Assembly: GCA_051747585.1 (NCBI GenBank)
Contig: JBNJGH010000114.1
Coordinates: 1-10,203, forward strand
DNA: 10,203 nt
Source of the DNA: Candidatus Rifleibacteriota bacterium
GTDB lineage: Bacteria > Muiribacteriota > Ozemobacteria > Ozemobacterales > Ozemobacteraceae
Reading direction: 5' to 3'
Shown here: piece after piece, positions 1 through 6,574 of the stretch
How positions within the stretch are numbered: position 1 is the stretch's first letter
How the letters are laid out: every line of letters starts with the position of its first letter
Made by a program: the position numbers and the translations under genes
Notes under the pieces: model-generated
Database searches by the model: none
Told to the model about the DNA's origin: nothing
The model's input: only the letters and a program-made list of their open reading frames with translations

Positions 1-2
1 AA

Positions 3-311
3 ATCAGAGCTCGATCTGAGCGTAATGCATGTCTGGAAAACCTTAGAAAAATCCATCTGATAAAGATATTCAGACCAGATGAAACTGAAAAATACTATAC
101 GTTGCTTTTCGGTGCAAAACCCAATTGTCCGGCGAAAGGAAAATATAATTTCAAATATCCGATTTCGTGCTCAAATCATGCTGGCATTGCTAATGGGGTT
201 ATAAAAACTGTGCCTGATTTTTTGAACGACATTGAGCTTATAGCAGTGCAAAGCTACATAGACAATGATGGGTTTCAAAGTGAAATCAGCATAGAAAAAA
301 ACAATAATTAA
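3..311 (+). CDS. 5'-truncated type IV pilin/pseudopilin-like protein (C-terminal part)
   Basis: Frame 3 has no stop from base 3 to TAA at 309-311, so the listed 102..311 ORF is only its tail. Translation: IRARSERNACLENLRKIHLIKIFRPDETEKYYTLLFGAKPNCPAKGKYNFKYPISCSNH... The pattern R-A-R-x4-A-C-x2-N-L-R-x-I ... C-P-x2-G-x-Y ... C-S-x-H is typical of the globular head of prepilin-type proteins. The N-terminal cleavage/methylation motif would lie outside the window. Confidence 0.65.
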   Translation: MRARSERNACLENLRKIHLIKIFRPDETEKYYTLLFGAKPNCPAKGKYNFKYPISCSNHAGIANGVIKTVPDFLNDIELIAVQSYIDNDGFQSEISIEKNNN

Positions 312-332
312 GTATTGCAGATTCGTGGTAAT

Positions 333-391
333 GTGTCCCTGGAATCATGAGCATTCTAAGGTGTCCCCACGATTATGCCGATTATCGATTA
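333..391 (+). repeat. Short motif cluster: two GTGTCCC copies followed by three CGATTA copies
   Basis: GTGTCCC at 333-339 and 361-367. CGATTA at 370-375, 379-384 and 386-391. Confidence 0.55.
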
Positions 392-419
392 CTAAGAAAT
401 TTATTAACAGGATCTGAAA

Positions 420-3400
420 ATGACTATACAATCTGAATCAAGCTCTATTTCCAATCTTTTGCGGGCACAATTTTTTGGCGCATTCAATGATAATGCCTGG
501 AAAATGATCGTGGCTTTTCTGGCAATAAAATCAGCAACACAGGGTATTTTGCCGCAATCTGTAGAATTCGAGTCTGTTTCACAAATTCAAACCACTTTGA
601 CTTTTGTGGTGTTTACTCTTCCGCTTATGTTGTTTTCGTTGCCCGCAGGTGCCCTGGCAGATAGAATCAGTAAAACCAGGGTAATTGTAATTTTAAAGGC
701 AGTTGAATTGTTGCTTATGCTATTGGCCACTGTTAGTCTGATCTGGCCTGAGCATATTTCGCCTCTTATTGTTCTTGGTTTGATGGGTGTTCAATCAGCG
801 CTTTTCAGTCCGGTGAAATATGGTATTATTCCGGAATTATTGCCCCACGAGTCTATTTCAAAAGGCAATGGTCGCCTGGAGATGTGGACTTTTCTGGCAA
901 TAATATTAGGTACTGCCCTTGGAGGCATGCTTTTGGATTTGGCCGGAGCAGATCCGTGGAAAGCAGGAGCTGCGCTTGCCTTTTTTTCTTTTTTAGGCTT
1001 TGTTGCGTCGCTCAAAATTCCGGTAGTGCCTGCTGCCAGAAATGAGGGCGGTTTAAAAGACGGCCTAAGTCGTTCATTCAAAACAATAATCAGCGACAGG
1101 GTGCTGTGGCTGGCGGTTTTGGGTTCCTGTCTGTTCTGGGCAGTTGCCAGTCTTCTTGGTCAGGATATTCTTGTATACACGAAAACCCTTACTGAAGGAA
1201 TGACTCATTCTGATACCATGAGCGGGTTGCCTTTAGCATTTTATGGTCTGGGCGTTGGACTTGGCAGTATACTGGCCGGCCGGGTTTCCGGCAGAATGGT
1301 TGAATATGGTTTGATACCCCTCGGTGCTATTGGGGTCGGCATATTTACTCTTGTTTTTGGCCTGCTTGGGCCGGGGTATAACGCGACTCTTGTTTTGATG
1401 ACATTGCTGGGTATTTCTAGCGGCTTTATTGTTGTTCCGCTAAATGCGATATTACAGTGGCGTTCACCGGCAGAAATTCGGGGTGGCGTTATTGCATTGT
1501 CTAATGTGTTTGTTTTCGCCGCTATTATGGCAGGTTCTCTTGGCGCCGGGGGGCTTTCTATGGCGGGGCTTTCTCCATTGGGAATCATGATCTTTTCGTC
1601 TGTAGTTACAACTGCGGGAATGCTTTGGGCTATTTATCTGTTGCCAGATTTTCTTATTCGTCTGATTTTTGTAATTGTTACCCATACGTTTTATCGCTTA
1701 ACCATAGCTGGCTCAGAAAACATTCCCCGCGAAGGCGGTGCTTTACTGGTACCTAATCATGTTTCTTTTATAGATGGTTTTCTGGTGATGGCAAGCACCG
1801 ACAGGCAAGTTAGATTCATTGTTGATGAAATCTATTATAATCACAGGTTTCTTCATCCTTTTATGAAAGCTATGCATGCAATTCCGGTCTCTGCTACCGG
1901 CGGTCTTAAAGTGATACTCAGGGCTCTAAGAGAGGCTGGAAATTTTCTCGATGAAGGCGATCTGGTTTGTATCTTTGCTGAAGGTCAGGTTACCAGAACC
2001 GGAATGATGCTGCCCTTCAGAAGAGGACTTGAAAAGATTGTAAAAGGACGTACGGCGCCGATTATTCCGGTCAATCTTGATCGAGTGTGGGGTAGCGTTT
2101 ATAGCCGTTCCGGTGGAAGATTTCTGACCAAACTTCCCGAAACTTATCCTTATCCAATTACTGTAACATTTGGCGATCCTTTGCCGGCTGATACCCCTGC
2201 TTACCAAATTCGTGAAGCGGTGCAGCAACTAGGGACAAGTGCCTGGCAGCATCGACGCAAAGATACCAGACCATTACACCATTATTTTATAAGAAGAATG
2301 AGAACCCGGCGCTGGCGAACGGCTTTTGCTGATTCAACCGGCAAAAAGCTCTCTCGTTTTAAGGCTCTGGCCTCAGTTATAGCACTTGCCCGCGCACTAA
2401 AAAAAGTTTGGCATCATGAGCAATACATCGGCATTCTTTTACCTCCATCAATAGGTGGTGCTTTTGCTAACCTGGCTGCGGCAATTGCCGGAAAAACAAC
2501 AGTAAATCTTAATTTCACTGCCGGAAAATCAGGAATGCACTCGGCGGTAAAACAATCTAAAATCGACCATATTCTTTCGAGTCGTGTTTTTATAGAAAAA
2601 GCTGACCTGGAAATACCAGAAAATGCTCAGATACATTATCTTGAAGAAATACTTGGCGAGATTTCTTTGATTAACCGCTTAACTGCAGCTTTTGCAGCCG
2701 TTTTTCTGCCGCTACGTCTGCTGGAATGGTTTTGTGGGGCAACCAGGGAGCCTTCAATTGAAGATACCGCAACAATAATCTTTTCCAGCGGTAGCACAGG
2801 TGATCCCAAGGGAGTAATGTTATCTCATTTTAACGTGGTTTCAAATGTTGAGGGTGTGGGTCAGATTCTTACAGTTGATGATTCAGACAGACTTCTTGGT
2901 ATATTGCCACTCTTTCATTCTTTCGGTTATATGTCCCTCTGGTATGCTATCAGGTATGGCATGGGAATAGTTTTTCATTCAAATCCTCTTGACGCAGCGG
3001 CTATAGGCGATTTATGTGAGCATCAGGGCATTACTTTTTTAATTGCAACCCCCACTTTTCTCCAGATTTATATGCGTCGGTGCTCGCCGGGGCAATTGGG
3101 TAGTCTGCGAATTGTCTTTACCGGCGCTGAAAAACTTTCAGAACGGCTGGCGCTTGCTTTTGAAGAAAAGTTTGGCATCAGACCAATAGAAGGTTATGGA
3201 GCTACTGAATGCGCACCGGCAATTACGGTAAGCACGCTTGACTACAGAGGCCAGGGAATTTATCAGTTTGGTTCGAAACGTGGTTTTGTTGGCCATCCGG
3301 TGCCGGGGGTGTCGGTGAGAATCGTCGATCCTGATTCTTTTGAGAAAATGCCGCCCGGCAAGCCCGGTATGTTGCTGGTAAAAGGACCCAATGTCATGCA

Positions 3401-3842
3401 GGGTTACCTTGGCCGTCCTGATCTTACTGAAAAAGTTCTTAATGATGGCTGGTATACAACAGGTGACATCGCTATCGCAGATGAAACCGGATTTATAAAA
3501 ATTACCGACCGACTTTCACGGTTTTCAAAAATTGGTGGCGAAATGGTTCCTCATGGTAAAGTTGAAGAAGCTTTGCACGAAGCTTATGGCTCAGAAGTCA
3601 GGGTTTTTGCCGTAACCTCGGTTCCCGATGAAAGAAAGGGCGAAATTCTTGCAGTATTGCATACAGTTGATGAAGAAAAAATACCCGAAATTCTTGACAA
3701 AATGGCCAATATGGATCTGCCGAATCTTTTTATTCCGAAAAAAGATAAATTCGTTAAAGTTGAAAAGATTCCGGTTCTGGGCACCGGTAAAGTAGATCTC
3801 AAGGGAATAAAAGAAACCGCGAAAAATCATCTGTGTAAATAG
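420..3842 (+). CDS. aas: Trifunctional MFS lysophospholipid transporter (LplT-like) / 2-acylglycerophosphoethanolamine acyltransferase / acyl-ACP synthetase
   Basis: 1140 aa. N-terminal ~410 aa hydrophobic MFS region (QFFGAFNDN, AGALADRISK, FSPVKYGIIPE). PlsC motifs NHVSFID (HxxxxD, 1755-1775) and FAEG. ANL/AMP-binding motifs IIFSSGSTGDPKG, EGYGATE, GWYTTGD, RFSKIGGEMV and the terminal GTGKVD. CAGGA lies just upstream of ATG 420. Confidence 0.93.
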   Translation: MTIQSESSSISNLLRAQFFGAFNDNAWKMIVAFLAIKSATQGILPQSVEFESVSQIQTTLTFVVFTLPLMLFSLPAGALADRISKTRVIVILKAVELLLMLLATVSLIWPEHISPLIVLGLMGVQSALFSPVKYGIIPELLPHESISKGNGRLEMWTFLAIILGTALGGMLLDLAGADPWKAGAALAFFSFLGFVASLKIPVVPAARNEGGLKDGLSRSFKTIISDRVLWLAVLGSCLFWAVASLLGQDILVYTKTLTEGMTHSDTMSGLPLAFYGLGVGLGSILAGRVSGRMVEYGLIPLGAIGVGIFTLVFGLLGPGYNATLVLMTLLGISSGFIVVPLNAILQWRSPAEIRGGVIALSNVFVFAAIMAGSLGAGGLSMAGLSPLGIMIFSSVVTTAGMLWAIYLLPDFLIRLIFVIVTHTFYRLTIAGSENIPREGGALLVPNHVSFIDGFLVMASTDRQVRFIVDEIYYNHRFLHPFMKAMHAIPVSATGGLKVILRALREAGNFLDEGDLVCIFAEGQVTRTGMMLPFRRGLEKIVKGRTAPIIPVNLDRVWGSVYSRSGGRFLTKLPETYPYPITVTFGDPLPADTPAYQIREAVQQLGTSAWQHRRKDTRPLHHYFIRRMRTRRWRTAFADSTGKKLSRFKALASVIALARALKKVWHHEQYIGILLPPSIGGAFANLAAAIAGKTTVNLNFTAGKSGMHSAVKQSKIDHILSSRVFIEKADLEIPENAQIHYLEEILGEISLINRLTAAFAAVFLPLRLLEWFCGATREPSIEDTATIIFSSGSTGDPKGVMLSHFNVVSNVEGVGQILTVDDSDRLLGILPLFHSFGYMSLWYAIRYGMGIVFHSNPLDAAAIGDLCEHQGITFLIATPTFLQIYMRRCSPGQLGSLRIVFTGAEKLSERLALAFEEKFGIRPIEGYGATECAPAITVSTLDYRGQGIYQFGSKRGFVGHPVPGVSVRIVDPDSFEKMPPGKPGMLLVKGPNVMQGYLGRPDLTEKVLNDGWYTTGDIAIADETGFIKITDRLSRFSKIGGEMVPHGKVEEALHEAYGSEVRVFAVTSVPDERKGEILAVLHTVDEEKIPEILDKMANMDLPNLFIPKKDKFVKVEKIPVLGTGKVDLKGIKETAKNHLCK

Positions 3843-3888
3843 ATACCAGGTGAACACGCGTCATTGAGATGATAAAATAAGATTTTAA

Positions 3889-3894
3889 AAGGAG
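3889..3894 (+). promoter_or_regulatory. Shine-Dalgarno site for the 3902 CDS
   Basis: AAGGAG 7 nt upstream of ATG 3902. Confidence 0.75.
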
Positions 3895-3901
3895 AAAGGT
3901 C

Positions 3902-5206
3902 ATGAGTAAATTAAAGCCTGTGTTTGTGTTTCTAATGCTGGTTCTATTAATTCCCGTTGTTTCATCTGCTCAGGGCAGGCCCCCCCTTGAAGTTGTAGAA
4001 AAACAAATTGAGATTTTTTACGAAGCAAATAAAGACAGAGGATTCACAAAAGAAAGAGATCGAAAAGGCAGAACAATTATCAAAGGACCCCAGGGCAGAG
4101 TTGTTCCCCTTAAAATTATTATGTCAGGCAAGAAGGACAAGCATCCCAAAGTTAAACGAAACAACAAAACCGCTCAGGAAAATGCAGACCTTGACAAAGC
4201 TCGTATCTCAGGGGCACCTCGTGCAACTTTTATCATGGTTCACCTTGAAGCAGGCAGTGATGACAGATGCCCTTTGTTTCAGGAAATTTTGAAAGAAGCC
4301 GGTATGGGATCTGCTCCGCTCAACACAAAAAGTTTGTCTCTGCAGAAAGCCATTTGGCCATCAGTTGTAAAGTTAGTTGAAGCTGCGCAAAAATATGGAC
4401 ACAAACTGACACTTGCTATAAATCCGCAGTGGGCTGAATATATCCTGCAAGACAAAGAAAAAATAAAAATTTGTCGCAAATGGGTTTCTGGAGGTCATGA
4501 ATTCGCATTTCATCATCATGGTCTTAATCATCTCGACTGGAATGGTTACACCAACAGAGGTCTACCTGGTAAAGAAAAACCTGAAGGACGCATGATTATG
4601 AAATTAAAGAACATGATACGACGCGGAACTGTTGATGATGGCCTGGATTTTCTTCAGAAACTTGCCCATCAGATTAAACAGCCTGACGGAATTATTTCAG
4701 GCTGTATTACCGATACAAAGTGCGAAAAACCTGATGAAGTTTTTATTCTGACAACAGGCTCAGAAGAAATCGAGAAAGACTTGCTTAACAAAATAGATGA
4801 AATGTCTGTTTCAAATCAAAAAAAGATGTTCTGGTTGCATCATTTTTCGTTAAAATCAAATTTCAATACCCCTGCAAACGGCAAAAATTATTCTTTGGAA
4901 GAAAGCCACCAACTTTCTCTCGATTTGCTTAAGAGTATTCAGGAAAACTACGTTAATGCGACCTCTGAACAAATTGGAGGAATTGTATTCCATGGTTTCG
5001 ATTTTCACCGGATGCCGGACATTTACGAGCAACTTTTTCAATGGCTGGCAAGCAACGGAAATCACTCAATAACAACACGCGAGGTTGTATTTCGTAACGC
5101 TATTCAAGCCGGCACGAGCAGAAAACCTGGACATACGGGTTTTTTACAGCCCAAAGGGAAAATGTCTCAGCCGAAAAACAACAAAAAAAATGACATAGGC
5201 CACTAA
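3902..5206 (+). CDS. Secreted protein with a divergent polysaccharide-deacetylase (CE4/NodB-like) domain
   Basis: 434 aa with a strong RBS. Sec signal MSKLKPVFVFLMLVLLIPVVSSA. Barrel-like motifs: FIMVHLE; LVEAAQKYGHKLTLAINPQW; WVSGGHEFAFHHHGLNH (compare CE4 GHEIxxHxxxH); GGIVFHGFD. Lys/Arg-rich N- and C-terminal extensions. The CDS is near certain, the product call moderate. Confidence 0.6.
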   Translation: MSKLKPVFVFLMLVLLIPVVSSAQGRPPLEVVEKQIEIFYEANKDRGFTKERDRKGRTIIKGPQGRVVPLKIIMSGKKDKHPKVKRNNKTAQENADLDKARISGAPRATFIMVHLEAGSDDRCPLFQEILKEAGMGSAPLNTKSLSLQKAIWPSVVKLVEAAQKYGHKLTLAINPQWAEYILQDKEKIKICRKWVSGGHEFAFHHHGLNHLDWNGYTNRGLPGKEKPEGRMIMKLKNMIRRGTVDDGLDFLQKLAHQIKQPDGIISGCITDTKCEKPDEVFILTTGSEEIEKDLLNKIDEMSVSNQKKMFWLHHFSLKSNFNTPANGKNYSLEESHQLSLDLLKSIQENYVNATSEQIGGIVFHGFDFHRMPDIYEQLFQWLASNGNHSITTREVVFRNAIQAGTSRKPGHTGFLQPKGKMSQPKNNKKNDIGH

Positions 5207-5413
5207 GTTAAGGAAGTTTTTTATACTTGCTTCTATGTGGCACAGGTCTTAATTCATGCCTGTCTCCAGTTGCTAATTGGAAATTTTTGCTATTCGCTCA
5301 ATTCGATTTTTTTGATGGTTGCAAAAAGTTGTGAAAAAAATTGAAAATCAATTTTATATATAAGATTTTTCGGGAGGGAAAAATGGCTATAGCTATAAAA
5401 TTTTCAAATGTTA

Positions 5414-5444
5414 TATAATCTTTATAGAGGTCAATTTTGGGGAG
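5414..5444 (+). promoter_or_regulatory. Candidate -10 box and RBS for the 5452 CDS
   Basis: Perfect TATAAT at 5414-5419 in an AT-rich intergenic region, with no convincing -35. GGGGAG at 5439-5444 lies 7 nt before ATG 5452. Confidence 0.5.
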
Positions 5445-5451
5445 CAAAGAC

Positions 5452-6153
5452 ATGAAAAGATTGGTATTCTTTTTTTCTGTTCTGGTTATTTTTTGCTTTG
5501 GCGCAACAGGCTTTTTATCTGCTCGTTCAGAAGAGTTTATCCGTAAGCCTGACCGAGGAGTTGAGGTTGAAATCATCGGAGATGAGCGCGGAGTATTAGA
5601 CTTTTATTGGCCAGATGGACGAAGATCAGATTATCGTTGCATTGAGGCTGAACGAGGTGAGCGTTTCAGCATTCAGGTTCGCAATAATTCTTCAATGCAG
5701 GTTGGGCTGGTCATTTCAATAGATGGTCGCAATATAATCAGTGGCAAAAGGTCTTACAGCCGGAATTCAGAAAGCATGTATGTGGTTAATCCCTGGCAGA
5801 CCAGCAGTTTTGACGGCTGGCGGTCTTCGATGGATCAGGTGCAACGCTTCTATTTTACCAACAAAGAAGATTCTTATGCCGGCCGACTTGGCGATTACAG
5901 TAGTATCGGCTGGATAAAAGTTGCGGTTTTTCGTCCCCGGCATGTTAATCCGCCACCTTTGATCTATAAAGAGCAGGATCCAGGCAAAACCCGCAGCTCC
6001 AGACCAGGGACCGGCTATGGTGAAGGACAAAATTCACAGGCACAGCGCGTTTCATTTGATCCAGAAAATTTTGCCTCACAATTAATAAAAATTAAATACG
6101 AATGGCCCAATAACAAAATCCATGACTCAGGATTCGCTGCCCCACCCTATTAA
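5452..6153 (+). CDS. Secreted conserved hypothetical protein (233 aa)
   Basis: Start moved to ATG 5452 because GGAG lies 7 nt upstream and the N-terminus becomes a clean signal peptide, MKRLVFFFSVLVIFCFGATGFLSA. The motifs GERFSIQVRN, VGLVISIDGRNIISG, FDGWRSSMDQVQRFYF, GWIKVAVF, PGTGYGE and terminal GFAAPP resemble an uncharacterised beta-rich bacterial family (recognised from memory). Confidence 0.8.
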   Translation: MKRLVFFFSVLVIFCFGATGFLSARSEEFIRKPDRGVEVEIIGDERGVLDFYWPDGRRSDYRCIEAERGERFSIQVRNNSSMQVGLVISIDGRNIISGKRSYSRNSESMYVVNPWQTSSFDGWRSSMDQVQRFYFTNKEDSYAGRLGDYSSIGWIKVAVFRPRHVNPPPLIYKEQDPGKTRSSRPGTGYGEGQNSQAQRVSFDPENFASQLIKIKYEWPNNKIHDSGFAAPPY

Positions 6154-6200
6154 ACTAATTCTTTATTGCCTTGTCTATATTCCAGGCATCTAAAATTCCG

Positions 6201-6440
6201 TCATGCCAATCCGGCAAACCGGACGATCAACCGGGTGAATTCAACGTTAGAATTAATGTAAGGAAAACCTATTTTACAGCTAAAGGATAAAAATGAATAA
6301 ACTTTCGACACTTAAGGATTATTATCAAACCGTTCGAAAAACACGATTGGTATCAAAATCCAATAACCAAAGTATCTCAGCCGATTCCAAGACATCCTGA
6401 AGTCAGTGAGAAACTGGCTGCCCGCACAGGATTGGCATAA
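6201..6440. repeat. ~240 bp segment bounded by inverted repeats (MITE-like element or structured RNA candidate)
   Basis: ATGCCAATCC (6203-6212) and GGATTGGCAT (6429-6438) are a perfect 10 bp inverted pair, 12/14 over 6201-6214 and 6427-6440. Several small internal hairpins. No clear target-site duplication. Confidence 0.4.
6293..6400 (+). CDS. Candidate small protein, 35 aa (MNKLSTLKDYYQTVRKTRLVSKSNNQSISADSKTS)
   Basis: AAAGGA (6282-6287) 5 nt upstream of ATG 6293, TGA at 6398-6400. Not in the ORF track. No recognisable homology. Confidence 0.3.
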   Translation: MNKLSTLKDYYQTVRKTRLVSKSNNQSISADSKTS

Positions 6441-6574
6441 ACAAATGACAATGCTTGAGGGGGCTTTTTCGATTGCTGGTAGTTTTCGTTTATTTTTGGT
6501 ATTTTCAAAAATGTATTACTTCAAAAGTATATATTTAAGTAATTTATGGGTCTTAATCGGAAACGAGGATTTTT

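Noticed and set aside
1..60. Frame 1 open stretch KSELDLSVMHVWKTLEKSI* as a gene end
   Set aside because: It overlaps the frame 3 reading, which carries the pilin-like motif.
102..311. Stand-alone 69-aa ORF starting at TTG 102
   Set aside because: No RBS, and the frame is open to the window edge with a recognisable motif upstream. It is the tail of a longer gene.
333..391. CRISPR array or integron attC interpretation of the short repeats
   Set aside because: The repeats are only 6-7 bp, there is no repeat-spacer periodicity, there are no RYYYAAC/GTTRRRY boxes, and no cas or intI gene is present.
791..3857. Minus-strand ORFs inside aas (791-1081, 1241-1588, 1464-1685, 1926-2228, 3584-3802, 3591-3857)
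   Set aside because: Antisense shadows of a well-supported gene, with no motifs of their own.
5211..5330. Weak hairpins after the 3902 gene (e.g. ACAGG/CCTGT, TTTTTGC/GCAAAAA)
   Set aside because: Short stems or long loops with no U-tract. Not convincing terminators.
5437..5451. TTG start at 5437
   Set aside because: It overlaps the RBS of ATG 5452, which gives a cleaner signal peptide.
4008..6030. Alternative-frame and antisense ORFs 4008-4292, 4279-4479, 4856-5065, 5298-5576, 5767-6030
   Set aside because: They overlap better-supported CDSs or run into AT-rich intergenic DNA, and show no protein-like signatures.
6211..6260. GGCAAACC...GG resembling the start of a c-di-GMP-I (GEMM) riboswitch
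   Set aside because: The GNRA loop and the following GACGCAAAGC/P3 core are missing.
6201..6440. Retron msr-msd, tmRNA or 6S RNA interpretation of the inverted-repeat element
   Set aside because: No adjacent reverse transcriptase, no tRNA-like GGGG...CCA ends or tag-like peptide, and no continuous rod-like pairing visible.
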